From: a virus
Length of the DNA stretch: 64,000 nucleotides
IMG/VR virus record: IMGVR_UViG_3300042888_001055
Strand: one strand, 5' to 3'
The notes beneath the pieces are model-generated. The model did not search any database and was not told where the DNA came from. It worked only from the letters and a program-made list of their open reading frames with translations. Position 1 is the stretch's first letter. Each line of letters opens with the position of its first letter. Shown here one piece after another: positions 1-9,858 of the stretch. Made by a program: the position numbers and the translations under genes.

Positions 1-1364
1 AATCCAGATATAAAAATTGTGCCACTGCCTGCTTGGTTTAATGTACCCGTTATATTGCCTGGACTACTTGTTGCTGTATAACTTTCTATTGTTCTACCAC
101 CGTTGCTTGCCGGCGCAGTAAATGTCACTGTTGCAGATAATGGACCGGTTGCATTAGCCGTACCAATTGTAGGTGCACCCGGTGCTAATGGTAAAATATC
201 CAAAGTAGAATTAGAATTAGCAGAAGCCGATCCATATGAATTAGTACCGGTTACTACGCACCTAATTACATTTAACACATCAGCTTGTACTAATACATAT
301 GTATTACTTGTAGCTAATGCTATATTAGACCCATTTCTTTGCCACTGGTATGCATATGTTATTGTAGCAGTGCCAGTCCAAGTACCAGTTGTACATGATA
401 ATGTTGAACCAAATGTTTCTGTGCCACTAACCACCGGTGCCACAGTATTAACTGGAAGACTGTCTGTTACAATACTATTACTTGCACTACTCGGAGAGCT
501 ATTACCCGCACTATTGGTAGCAATAACGGTAAATGTATAACTTGTACTTGCTGTTAGACCGGTTATGTTAATAGTACCACTACCAGCTTGGTTTAGTGTA
601 CCGGTTATATTACCAGGACTACTTGTTGCTGTATAACTTGAAATTGTAGCACCACCATTGCTTGCCGGAGCTGTAAATGCTACGGTAGCAGTTATAGCAC
701 CTGTTGTAGTGGCTGTGCCTATAGTTGGTGCTCCCGGAGCAATTGCAGATACATTAGATGTAGCATTAGAATTTGCCGAATTTGATCCAGAACCATTTGT
801 ACCAGTAACTACACACCGAATAGCATTACCTGCATCTGCATTTACTAACGTATATGTATTATTTGTTGCCAATGAAATATTTGATCCAGCACGTTGCCAT
901 TGATATGTTATAGACGGAGAGCCAGTCCAAGTACCATCAGTAGTAGATAATATTTGACCAACTGTAGCTGTACCACTAACTACCGGAGATACTGTATTAA
1001 CAGGAGCGCCTGACAGGGTAGTAATACTATTGCTAAAATTACTAGGTGAACTGGTTCCAATACTATTAGTTGCAGTTACTCTAAAAGTATAACTTGTACT
1101 TGATGTTAGTCCAGTAACAGTAATAGTACCAGATCCTGCTTGACTTAGTGTACCAGTTAAACCACCAGGACTACTTGTTGCTGTATAACTTAATATAGTA
1201 GAACCACCGTTATCTAAAGGAGCAGTAAATGATACTGTTGCTGTTGTAGAACCTGTTGCTGTTGCTGTGCCTATTATAGGATTATCCGGTATAGTCGTGC
1301 CGGTAGCGGGTACTACGCTAATACCACCAACTATACTGATACCGGATCCAATAGATAAAGACAT
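1..1364 (-). CDS. Virion surface protein with alternating fibronectin-III and Ig-like domains (3' end runs off window)
   Basis: Hand translation from ATG 1364: MSLSIGSGISIVGG...SFTAPLDNGGSTILSYTATSSPG...YTFRVTATNSIG (FN3) alternating with VNTVSPVVSGT...YQWQR...IRCVVTGTN; SD AAGG; absent from ORF track; plus-strand ORFs here are shadows. Confidence 0.85.
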   Translation of the reverse strand, partial: MSLSIGSGISIVGGISVVPATGTTIPDNPIIGTATATGSTTATVSFTAPLDNGGSTILSYTATSSPGGLTGTLSQAGSGTITVTGLTSSTSYTFRVTATNSIGTSSPSNFSNSITTLSGAPVNTVSPVVSGTATVGQILSTTDGTWTGSPSITYQWQRAGSNISLATNNTYTLVNADAGNAIRCVVTGTNGSGSNSANSNATSNVSAIAPGAPTIGTATTTGAITATVAFTAPASNGGATISSYTATSSPGNITGTLNQAGSGTINITGLTASTSYTFTVIATNSAGNSSPSSASNSIVTDSLPVNTVAPVVSGTETFGSTLSCTTGTWTGTATITYAYQWQRNGSNIALATSNTYVLVQADVLNVIRCVVTGTNSYGSASANSNSTLDILPLAPGAPTIGTANATGPLSATVTFTAPASNGGRTIESYTATSSPGNITGTLNQAGSGTIFISG

Positions 1365-1405
1365 GTAATTACCTTTTATGTAAGTTTAGTAGTATTTATG
1401 ACAAT

Positions 1406-1426
1406 AAAAAAGGCTCCGTAGAGCCT
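1406..1426 (-). terminator. Intrinsic terminator
   Basis: Minus strand AGGCTC-TACG-GAGCCT-TTTTT after 1450..2115. Confidence 0.8.
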
Positions 1427-1449
1427 AATTGAGTGTGATTATATTACGT

Positions 1450-2115
1450 TCACTTTGATGACTTTTTAGTTACAGGAGGGGCATCTAATGTAGTCTGTTC
1501 ATCATTAGCAGAGGAAGACGGTTGATTAGTAAGTTCTAACATAATATCTTTTTGTTCTAATAATACAGTGCCTTGCGGAACAAGACCAATTTGCATTAAT
1601 GAATTTAATGTTTGTGGATTACTCATTGCATTTAGTAGTTTAGCTGGACTAGGTCTACCCAAAGCAATAATTTCAGATTGTATTTCTCTACCAACAGTTA
1701 CTGTAAATTCATAATTAGCATTAGCTTCAAACATTTCGTCATCGGTATAGGGAGTACCATCTTCATGTTTTAATCTAGTTGGCTCAACTTCAGCATACAG
1801 TTCAGCCATATATTTTTCTAGTATTTTAATCTCTTTACGATTAAGTTCAAACGCATGTTTTTGATCATCCAAATGTGATTCTAATTCAAGGATTTCTGCT
1901 TGTAAATTAAGCAATATGTGTGGTAATGCGGGTACTGTTTTTAAATGTTTTAGTTCTTCAAGTTTAGCCTGATATTTTAATTCGGCGCATTCTTCAAGTA
2001 CTGCGGCACGTTTTCTGCCAACATAGAAGCCTTGAAGTGTTTTGATTTTTTCCCAGGGTGTTGAACCGATCACCTGGTAACGGTAGTTGAATTCTGAATT
2101 TAGATTGGAAGCCAT
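1450..2115 (-). CDS. Hypothetical phage protein (coiled-coil)
   Basis: 221-aa ORF, TATAAATA late-type motif and SD upstream. Confidence 0.75.
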   Translation of the reverse strand: MASNLNSEFNYRYQVIGSTPWEKIKTLQGFYVGRKRAAVLEECAELKYQAKLEELKHLKTVPALPHILLNLQAEILELESHLDDQKHAFELNRKEIKILEKYMAELYAEVEPTRLKHEDGTPYTDDEMFEANANYEFTVTVGREIQSEIIALGRPSPAKLLNAMSNPQTLNSLMQIGLVPQGTVLLEQKDIMLELTNQPSSSANDEQTTLDAPPVTKKSSK

Positions 2116-2184
2116 TTTATCTCTCTATAGGTTGTGTATAGAGATATTTATAAGCTAAATGATGTGAGTAAATTTTTTTAGGGT

Positions 2185-2358
2185 TTATTTGTTATTTTTA
2201 ACAAACCAGTAGTGTTTCTGTAACTCTCTGAGTACTTCACTTTCTGGTTGCTTGAAATGTCTTGCAGCCATCTCAACAAAAGCTAACCAACGAAAATTAT
2301 AGTCATCATTTCCCTGACACCATTGTTGATACATTAACTGTAGTTCTCTACTGTTCAT
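2185..2358 (-). CDS. Small hypothetical protein (57 aa)
   Basis: MNSRELQLMYQQWCQG...WFVKNNK; ATGA overlap with upstream gene. Confidence 0.6.
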   Translation of the reverse strand: MNSRELQLMYQQWCQGNDDYNFRWLAFVEMAARHFKQPESEVLRELQKHYWFVKNNK

Positions 2359-2510
2359 TTTTTCTTTTTTTCTTGTTCTGCTAACTTGGCTTTTACCCCA
2401 GTTACTTCAAGTTTTATCTCTTTTAGTATCTTTTCTGCTATAGGGCTTGTATGATGTACATGTAATTTTGGGGGTGTTTTAGGTCTGGGTTTGTGCTTGA
2501 ACCAACTCAT
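2355..2510 (-). CDS. Small basic hypothetical protein (51 aa)
   Basis: Start reassigned to MSWFKHK with SD AAGGAG. Confidence 0.6.
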   Translation of the reverse strand: MSWFKHKPRPKTPPKLHVHHTSPIAEKILKEIKLEVTGVKAKLAEQEKKKK

Positions 2511-2596
2511 TGGCTTACTCCTTTTGATTGGGTATAAATATATATTTAATTGATTAAATTCAATCAAATAGCATAAGTCATAACAAAGGAAATAAA

Positions 2597-3133
2597 ATGG
2601 CAGAAGAAAAAACATTATCACGCAGTGAACGTGAAGCACAAATTAAAGATAGAGCAGGATGGGTCATAACCGTCATTGCATTACTATTAGCAGTTACAAC
2701 TTATATGGCTAGTGGGTTTAGTAGTAAGATATTGACCAATACTATTAAAGCAAACGATACATGGAACTTCTATCAAGCTAAGTCAATTAAGCAATCTATT
2801 GCCGAAGGGCAATTAGAGGATGCCAAAGATCCAAAACGTAGAATAGAACTACAAGCCAAGATTGATAGATATGAATCTGAGCCTGATAAGGGTGAGGGTA
2901 AGAAAGAGTTAATGGCTAAAGCATTAAAGATCGAAGCCGAGCGTGATGAAGCCAAAAAGCATACACCATGGTTAACTTTTGCCGCAATGGCATTTCAGTT
3001 AGCGATTGTATTACTTTCCGCTAGTATTTTAGCTGTAGACAAGCGTATGTTTTGGGGAAGTATTGGTGTCAGTATTTTTGGAACAATGTTATTGACCCAA
3101 GGCATTTGGCTTGTTATACCATTTGCGATATAA
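2597..3133 (+). CDS. DUF4337-like membrane protein
   Basis: TM helices, NDTWNFYQAKSIKQ motif. Confidence 0.7.
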   Translation: MAEEKTLSRSEREAQIKDRAGWVITVIALLLAVTTYMASGFSSKILTNTIKANDTWNFYQAKSIKQSIAEGQLEDAKDPKRRIELQAKIDRYESEPDKGEGKKELMAKALKIEAERDEAKKHTPWLTFAAMAFQLAIVLLSASILAVDKRMFWGSIGVSIFGTMLLTQGIWLVIPFAI

Positions 3134-3140
3134 TAACTAA

Positions 3141-3698
3141 ATGAAAATTAAGGAATTAATGGAAGATACAAACAAAAAAATGCCACATCTATATTTGGAT
3201 ATGGATGGGGTACAAGCTGATTTCTTTGGAGCTTGGGCCGCAAAACATAATGTTGGTAATTATAAAGAGATTCCTGATACTGAAACATCAATCAATGAAT
3301 TAGCCTCAAGTAGCCCCTTAGAAGTATATAAGTTTTTTAGAGAACTACAACCTCTAGAGGGTGGCGGCAGAGTTGTACAATGGTTAAATCAACACAATAT
3401 TCCATACACTGTATTGAGTGCTCCATTGCGTGGACCGTATGCTGAAGCCAGTGTAGGAGCTAAAAAAGATTGGTTAGATGAACACAATCCAAATGCTACA
3501 CAAAACGCTATCTTTACACAACATAAGCACAAATACGCATTGAGTAATGGTGAACCAAATGTATTAGTAGATGATTACGGTAAATATTTGAATCTTTGGA
3601 CTAATGCCGGTGGTATTGCGGTTAAGCATGAAGATGACAACACTCAACATACTATTGATGAATTAGAAAAGATTTATGCTCCCTATCTAACTAGATAA
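3141..3698 (+). CDS. HAD-family 5'(3')-deoxyribonucleotidase (NT5C-like)
   Basis: YLDMDGV motif I, LSAP, K, LVDD motif IV. Confidence 0.8.
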   Translation: MKIKELMEDTNKKMPHLYLDMDGVQADFFGAWAAKHNVGNYKEIPDTETSINELASSSPLEVYKFFRELQPLEGGGRVVQWLNQHNIPYTVLSAPLRGPYAEASVGAKKDWLDEHNPNATQNAIFTQHKHKYALSNGEPNVLVDDYGKYLNLWTNAGGIAVKHEDDNTQHTIDELEKIYAPYLTR

Positions 3699-3706
3699 GT
3701 AATGAT

Positions 3707-3892
3707 ATGAAGAAACCCGGCAAAGACTTAGTTCGTTATGAAGTAATTACACATGAAGATCCTGATACAGGTGATTTAATGTTGCCTATACCACAGAAAT
3801 TATTAGATGAATTAGGCTGGCGTGAGGGTGATGAGATTGAATTTGCCATAGATTCAAAAGGTAAGTACATCTTAAAACGAGCTAACAAATGA
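3707..3892 (+). CDS. AbrB/MazE/SpoVT-like DNA-binding protein
   Basis: LPIPQKLLDELGWREGDEIEF. Confidence 0.7.
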   Translation: MKKPGKDLVRYEVITHEDPDTGDLMLPIPQKLLDELGWREGDEIEFAIDSKGKYILKRANK

Positions 3893-4281
3893 GTTACTCA
3901 AATTATAATAACACTATGATAGGGGATTCATTCAGTACTGTAGGTACAGTTACTACAGGCACAGTTACTGTACCCAATAATACTTCAAACGGGTTGTATT
4001 GGGGTTTAAATGGTACATCAACTATTACTTCAATCGAACCTAATATAAAAGGGGCTACACTTAAGGTTAACGGTGATGCTGACTTTGAAGGTGAAGTAAC
4101 TATCAAGGGCAAAAATCTATCAGAGATGCTTGAAAAGATTGACGAACGATTGGCTATTCTTCACCCACATCCTGAACTAGAAGATAGATGGGATGAGTTA
4201 AAAGAATTGGGTAAACGCTATAAAGAACTAGAGCAAGAACTACTAGAAAAAGAGAAGGTTTGGTCAATCTTAAAGAAGTAA
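3889..4281 (+). CDS. Hypothetical protein
   Basis: 130-aa ORF, ATGA-coupled. Confidence 0.7.
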   Translation: MSYSNYNNTMIGDSFSTVGTVTTGTVTVPNNTSNGLYWGLNGTSTITSIEPNIKGATLKVNGDADFEGEVTIKGKNLSEMLEKIDERLAILHPHPELEDRWDELKELGKRYKELEQELLEKEKVWSILKK

Positions 4282-4284
4282 GAT

Positions 4285-4313
4285 TTGACAAATAATCCAT
4301 ATTACGCTATAAT
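4285..4313 (+). promoter_or_regulatory. sigma70-type promoter
   Basis: TTGACA-17nt-TATAAT. Confidence 0.8.
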
Positions 4314-4345
4314 AGAAACTGTTTAATAACTATGACATACACATC

Positions 4346-4741
4346 ATGACCATGCATTTAGAAGGACCCTGGCTTAGTACCGGTGGTAAACGTAAGGGCA
4401 AGATTAAGTTTCGCAATAGCGCAGAGGCACAGAAAGCCCGTCAACTTGATGCCGATTGGAAAGAACTACAGAAAAAATGGGAAGTTGACGCTGATGACAA
4501 AAAGCGCAAACGAGCATTAGCGGCTGAGCCATTACAATACACACTATCTGCACCTGCAGGTCGTGAGACTGTACGTATTAACAGTTTAGATACCGGTCAC
4601 AAGGGTGCTGTTCGTACAAAAGATATTCCACAATATACGGGTAATAAAATTATTGGGATTGGCACTATGCATAAAAGTAATGCAGTGCCGGTCTTTAGTG
4701 ATGAAGAGGCTAAGGCAATTAGCACAATGCGTAGGAATTAA
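4346..4741 (+). CDS. Conserved hypothetical phage protein
   Basis: C-terminal [14 protein letters not shown] motif typical of T4-like phages. Confidence 0.7.
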   Translation: MTMHLEGPWLSTGGKRKGKIKFRNSAEAQKARQLDADWKELQKKWEVDADDKKRKRALAAEPLQYTLSAPAGRETVRINSLDTGHKGAVRTKDIPQYTGNKIIGIGTMHKSNAVPVFSDEEAKAISTMRRN

Positions 4742-4763
4742 AAAGGAGCGTAAAGCAAAACAC

Positions 4764-4976
4764 ATGGCAAAAGAAGAAGGTTTACGAATGGATGGTACGG
4801 TAACAGACGTGTTACCTAATGCCATGTTTCGTGTTAAAGTAAATAACACAAATGTAATAGGTTATATCTCTGGTAAAATGCGCCAGCATGATATTAAAGT
4901 TCTACTTGGAGATACAGTAGAATTAGAATTTAGTCCATACGACTTATCAAAAGGCCGAATCGTGCGCCGACGATAA
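4764..4976 (+). CDS. infA: Translation initiation factor IF-1
   Basis: [45 protein letters not shown]; start reassigned to 4764. Confidence 0.95.
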   Translation: MAKEEGLRMDGTVTDVLPNAMFRVKVNNTNVIGYISGKMRQHDIKVLLGDTVELEFSPYDLSKGRIVRRR

Positions 4977-4998
4977 TCCCCAATAGTCTTTCATACGA

Positions 4999-5004
4999 TA
5001 AATA
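4999..5004 (+). promoter_or_regulatory. T4-like late promoter core (TAAATA), representative copy
   Basis: GATAAATA 5 nt before SOD ATG; motif recurs before many genes. Confidence 0.65.
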
Positions 5005-5009
5005 CATGT

Positions 5010-5564
5010 ATGAGAGATATAATTCAATTACTTGAGGACAAGGCTAAACCTCAAGATATAGAAATCATACCACTAAACTTCACTGCGAGTGAGGTTAAAC
5101 CTGTATTAAGTCAGGACACACTAGACCTACATTATGATAAACTAGCTAAAGGCTATGCTGAACGCTATAACAAGGGTGAGGGTGACAAAGACTTTAACTA
5201 TGCGGGTGCCTTCTTACATAACACATTATTCCCCCAATTCCGTGAAGTAAGAAACAAAAACAATCCAAATGGTCCTATGATGGGCTTTATCAACAAACAT
5301 TACGGTAACTATGATAACATGAAGTCACAGTTTGAAACTGAATTCATGAAGTTAGAGGGATCAGGTTGGGTATATTTAGCATATGATGGTAAGATTAAAA
5401 CAATCAAGAACCATGAAGTACGTAATGATATATTGCTATTAGTTGATAGATGGGAACACGCTTGGATATTAGACTATGGCAGTGATAAGCAAAAGTATCT
5501 AAAAGAGCAGTGGAAAATCATCAATTGGAATGTAATTAACACAAGGTGGGGTAAGAGTTTATGA
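5010..5564 (+). CDS. sod: Fe/Mn superoxide dismutase
   Basis: LHY..L...Y, FLHN, GSGW, DRWEHAW (DxWEHAY-type); four metal ligands present. Confidence 0.9.
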   Translation: MRDIIQLLEDKAKPQDIEIIPLNFTASEVKPVLSQDTLDLHYDKLAKGYAERYNKGEGDKDFNYAGAFLHNTLFPQFREVRNKNNPNGPMMGFINKHYGNYDNMKSQFETEFMKLEGSGWVYLAYDGKIKTIKNHEVRNDILLLVDRWEHAWILDYGSDKQKYLKEQWKIINWNVINTRWGKSL

Positions 5565-5887
5565 TAGAAATAACAGAAAATGCTACTATAAAGATAGCTG
5601 ATATTTTAGCTGAAGAAAACAATCCAAAAGCTAGGATTCGTGTATTTGTTCAAGGTGGTGGATGTAGTGGAATGCAGTATGGTTTTACCATAGATGAAGA
5701 ACAAAATGAAGATGATTTTGAGATACCTGCAGGATCATTAAGTATGTTAGTAGATAGTATTTCAGCACAATATTTACAGAATGCCAGCATAGATTATGTT
5801 GAAGATTTGAGTGGATCTCAGTTCAAAATTAGTAATCCTAATGCGGCAACAACATGCGGATGCGGGTCAAGTTTTAGTCCAACCTGA
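5561..5887 (+). CDS. erpA: A-type Fe-S carrier ErpA/IscA (HesB family)
   Basis: GGGCSGMQY ... [14 protein letters not shown]. Confidence 0.9.
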   Translation: MIEITENATIKIADILAEENNPKARIRVFVQGGGCSGMQYGFTIDEEQNEDDFEIPAGSLSMLVDSISAQYLQNASIDYVEDLSGSQFKISNPNAATTCGCGSSFSPT

Positions 5888-5936
5888 TGATATTACATTT
5901 AGTCCTTATTGATAAATACATAATAAGGATTAAATT

Positions 5937-6557
5937 ATGGCAATTTCAGGACTACAAGTAATTAATATTGGATTACAAAACGAATCTACCGGTAGCGACA
6001 GCCTATACACAGCATTTAATAAGACAAAAGATAACTTTGCAACGTTATTTACGTCTGCTAGCCCATACAATACATTTACCGGAAATGGCGTAACTATTAC
6101 AGCCAACGCTACGACAGGTACGGTAAATATAAATAATACAGGCGTGACCAATGTAGCTTTAACTAGTAATAATTTAACTATTACTGGGAGCCCATTAACT
6201 ACTACAGGAACATTGACTGTAGATTTACCTGCAAATGTATCGGTAACTGGTCAATTATTATTGAGTGGTAGTGAGAATTTAACAACAGGGTCATCTGTAA
6301 ACTTAGCAGTTACTGCTAGTTACTTTAGCACATCTGTAGCTAGTACAGCTACTTTAGGAGCCGGTACTACAGGACAAATAAAAACTTTTATGATGGTGGC
6401 TGACGGTGGTGATATGGTTATCACCGTAACCAATGCAGGATGGCAAAGTTCAGGTACAGGTACCATAACATTTGATAATATCGGTGATGGATGCACCTTA
6501 CAATATATAACAAATAAGTGGTTTTGTATAGGTAATAACGGTACAATATTTGCTTAA
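5937..6557 (+). CDS. Baseplate/fibre-associated structural protein
   Basis: N-terminus INIGLQNESTGSDSLYTAFNKTKDNF resembles T4 gp9/gp10-type N-terminal motif; T/G/N-rich. Confidence 0.65.
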   Translation: MAISGLQVINIGLQNESTGSDSLYTAFNKTKDNFATLFTSASPYNTFTGNGVTITANATTGTVNINNTGVTNVALTSNNLTITGSPLTTTGTLTVDLPANVSVTGQLLLSGSENLTTGSSVNLAVTASYFSTSVASTATLGAGTTGQIKTFMMVADGGDMVITVTNAGWQSSGTGTITFDNIGDGCTLQYITNKWFCIGNNGTIFA

Positions 6558-6575
6558 AGATATTAGGAAATAAAA

Positions 6576-8945
6576 ATGACAACGACAATTAAAATTACAG
6601 AACTAACAAATATTGGTGCAAACTTAGCTAGCTCTACAGTTATACCAGTAGTTAATATGGCAGGTACTCCTACTACAGAAAAAACAGTATTAGGTAATAT
6701 TGCTAATGTTGTATTAGCAGGTGCCGGAGGTAACTATGTTTCTGCCGCTAAAGCTACTACTGCAACAACAGCAAATACTGTATTAACTAATGCTCAACCA
6801 AATATAACAAGCATGGGTAATTTAACTGGATTAACCGTAAGCAATGTAACGGGTATAGTTAATTTTACAACTACTGCAAATGTTACATTAGGTAATGTTT
6901 CTAACTTACATATTGCAGGTGGTACAGCCGGACAATTGTTATCTACTAACGGTAACGGTACTTTAAGTTGGGCAAGTGATACTACTACATATGGTAATAG
7001 TAATGTTGTAACACTATTATCTGCGTTTGGTTCTAATACAATAACAACTACAGGTAATGTATCTGTTGGAAATATTATTGGTAATGGACAAGCATTGACT
7101 AATATTGCAGGTGCCAATGTCTCTGGATTTGTAGCTAATGCTAATGTTTCTAATACAGCATTTGCGGTTGCAGGTGCCAATGTCTCTGGATTCGTAGCTA
7201 ATGCTAATATTGCTAATACGGCATTTAGTGTGGCTGGTGCTAATGTCTCTGGATTTGTAGCTAATGCTAATGTTTCTAATACAGCATATGCGGTTGCAGC
7301 CGCAAATGTGTCAGGTTTAGGTAATATTGCTACTATCAATTTAACTGGTAATAGTAGTAATGTGTTATACGGCAACGGAGTATTTGCGGCGGTAGCAGGT
7401 GGTGCTAATACAGGTAATGTTACATTCAATGACGTTAATATCATTGGCACAGGTAACTTGAATCTGCAACCAAACTCTGCTGATGCTGCCGCATATGTAA
7501 ATATTTACTTGACCGGGGCCGCGGATATACATATGGCAGCCGGTGCTGCTGGTGCCAATTTGATTTTAGGTACAGATGAAGAAGCCAATGTCGCTGTTTT
7601 ACAGGGCGGCAACGTGGCTATACAGGCCGGTAATGTCAGTGGCACAAAGACTTGGAACTTTGACACAACTGGTAACTTAACACTACCATTGAATAGTGTT
7701 GTTTATGAAACCAACATTCCAGACCAATCACTTAGTGGTAGTGCTATTGCCTTGAAACCAACAGGTGGAACTACTGCCAATCAACAGTTATTGATTTATC
7801 CAACAGCGAATGACGGTGACCATATACACATGACAAGTGGAAACTTGTATACAACCGAGTTGTTCTTGGGCAGTGATAACTTGTATGTCAAACTGGCCAA
7901 CACCGGCAATGTTGTGATCAACAGCAATGATGGTAATAGTAGTAATGCTATGTGGACATTTGGCACAGATGGCAGTTTAACACTACCTATTGGTGTATCA
8001 ATTGATTATAACGGGAACATTCAGTATCCTAGAATCATTGCTGACTCTGGAAAGCTATTCAGCGTTCAAGGACAAGGTAATAGTGGTTCTGCGGCACTGG
8101 CATGGACTGTAGATCCTGATGCGGCATCTCAGTATGCGGCTGTTGCTGTTAGCAGAGCCGGCGACAATCTTGCCAAGGTAGTACTACAAGCACAATCTGA
8201 TTCAGGTAATGTTGGGACGGTGAAGCTTTGGAATTTTGATGAAACCGGTAATTTAACACTACCAGGCAATACAGTAGCAATCAACTTTGCTAATGGTTCA
8301 AGTGCATTTGGTAATATCGTAGCAACAAACTTAGATGGCAGTTCAAGCAATGTATTGTATGGTAACGGTATATTTTCAGCCGTACCGGCCCCAACAGTAG
8401 CACAAGATATCACCTCTACCGGTGCAATGAGTATAATGACATATGATGGTAATCTAAAATATGTAAACTATGCTACAGTTGAACCAAGTACTGGCAACAT
8501 CGCCGGTGGCAATATTAGTGCGTCTGGTAATATTTCAGCCAACAACTTTACCGGTAACGGTGGCGGTTTATCTAATGTTGCAACAAAAATAACAAGTAGT
8601 TGGACTCTTGAACCCGGCGTCAATACAGTAAACATTAGTGTTCCATTGAATGGAACTTATGCACTCTGGGTTAACGGTAATATTCCAAACGGTATCGTGA
8701 CATATACTGCGACTGCTGTTGTTACAAATACAAATGTACCGGTACTAGGTGAACAATATGGTTGGTACTACGCAGTTGGGAATGCGTTGGTGCTTACATC
8801 AATACCTAATCAGTTTACTGGCACAGTAGGTTCAATCAGCAATGTTAATACTTATTTAGGTAACACGGCTAATGTGTTTACATTTGGTATCACTAACAAT
8901 AGTGGTAACACAGCAGTAGTTAATTATGGCTACACTAAACTGTAA
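6576..8945 (+). CDS. Tail fibre-like protein
   Basis: 789 aa, N/G/T/V-rich, 21-aa repeats AGANVSGFVANANVSNTAFAV. Confidence 0.75.
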   Translation: MTTTIKITELTNIGANLASSTVIPVVNMAGTPTTEKTVLGNIANVVLAGAGGNYVSAAKATTATTANTVLTNAQPNITSMGNLTGLTVSNVTGIVNFTTTANVTLGNVSNLHIAGGTAGQLLSTNGNGTLSWASDTTTYGNSNVVTLLSAFGSNTITTTGNVSVGNIIGNGQALTNIAGANVSGFVANANVSNTAFAVAGANVSGFVANANIANTAFSVAGANVSGFVANANVSNTAYAVAAANVSGLGNIATINLTGNSSNVLYGNGVFAAVAGGANTGNVTFNDVNIIGTGNLNLQPNSADAAAYVNIYLTGAADIHMAAGAAGANLILGTDEEANVAVLQGGNVAIQAGNVSGTKTWNFDTTGNLTLPLNSVVYETNIPDQSLSGSAIALKPTGGTTANQQLLIYPTANDGDHIHMTSGNLYTTELFLGSDNLYVKLANTGNVVINSNDGNSSNAMWTFGTDGSLTLPIGVSIDYNGNIQYPRIIADSGKLFSVQGQGNSGSAALAWTVDPDAASQYAAVAVSRAGDNLAKVVLQAQSDSGNVGTVKLWNFDETGNLTLPGNTVAINFANGSSAFGNIVATNLDGSSSNVLYGNGIFSAVPAPTVAQDITSTGAMSIMTYDGNLKYVNYATVEPSTGNIAGGNISASGNISANNFTGNGGGLSNVATKITSSWTLEPGVNTVNISVPLNGTYALWVNGNIPNGIVTYTATAVVTNTNVPVLGEQYGWYYAVGNALVLTSIPNQFTGTVGSISNVNTYLGNTANVFTFGITNNSGNTAVVNYGYTKL
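7100..7320 (+). repeat. 63-bp tandem coding repeats
   Basis: About three copies of gcaggtgccaatgtctctggatttgtagctaatgctaat... Confidence 0.75.
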
Positions 8946-8978
8946 AACTAACTGTTCACATTAATTTAAGGAATTATT

Positions 8979-9812
8979 ATGAAACAAGATCCTCGCTCAA
9001 TAATAAACACAACTGAGGATCATACCTTTAATAAGCCTGCTGACAAAAAAGTCATACCTAGGACACTTGACAAATATAACCTAATATGGAAAACAGATAG
9101 ACCAGATACAAGAGATTACAAATATCAAGTAACAGCAAATACAAATCCTAACTTTGTTGATTTAAGAAGTCATTGTAGTCCAATTGAAAATCAAGGTAAT
9201 CTGGGAAGTTGTACTGGACAAGCTATTGCGGGTGCTATTGAATTACTAAACAAACGTAATGGTAAACCAACAGATGTTAGTAGATTGTTTATCTATTACT
9301 ATGAACGACTATTATTGGGTACTGTTAACTATGATAGTGGTGCTTATATACGTGATGGTATAAAAGCAACAAATCACTATGGTGCTAGTTTAGAAACTTA
9401 TTGGCCGTACAACATTAGAAAATTTAGACTAGAACCAATCAATGAAGCAAAGATTGACGCATTGAATCGTAAAGTAACACGATACGAAAGAGTAAATGAT
9501 TTTAATGGATGTATTGACGCATTAACAAATGGTTATCCAGTTATAATAGGCTTTCATGTTTATCAAAGTTTTATGTCATCTACTGTTGCTAGAACAGGTA
9601 GAATGCCCTATCCAAATACAAAACGTGAAAAGCTATTAGGTGGTCATGCTGTGTTGCTTGTTGGATATGATAAGCGTAAGAAAGTCTTTATTGTCAGAAA
9701 CAGTTGGGGACCTTATTGGGGAGATAAGGGTTACTTCTACATGCCATTTGATGTTATCAAACCTAATATGAGCAGTGATTATTGGATCATTAAGTCGGTT
9801 AACAATCCATAA
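8979..9812 (+). CDS. Papain-like cysteine protease (C1A)
   Basis: QGNLGSCT, GGHAVLLVGY, RNSWG..WGDKGY. Confidence 0.92.
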   Translation: MKQDPRSIINTTEDHTFNKPADKKVIPRTLDKYNLIWKTDRPDTRDYKYQVTANTNPNFVDLRSHCSPIENQGNLGSCTGQAIAGAIELLNKRNGKPTDVSRLFIYYYERLLLGTVNYDSGAYIRDGIKATNHYGASLETYWPYNIRKFRLEPINEAKIDALNRKVTRYERVNDFNGCIDALTNGYPVIIGFHVYQSFMSSTVARTGRMPYPNTKREKLLGGHAVLLVGYDKRKKVFIVRNSWGPYWGDKGYFYMPFDVIKPNMSSDYWIIKSVNNP

Positions 9813-9858
9813 CTTCTAAATTATAATAAATAGTAGTATAACAATTAAAGGACCATTA

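Noticed and set aside
103-903. Plus-strand ORFs 103..540 and 658..903
   Set aside because: Antisense shadows of the minus-strand FN3/Ig gene
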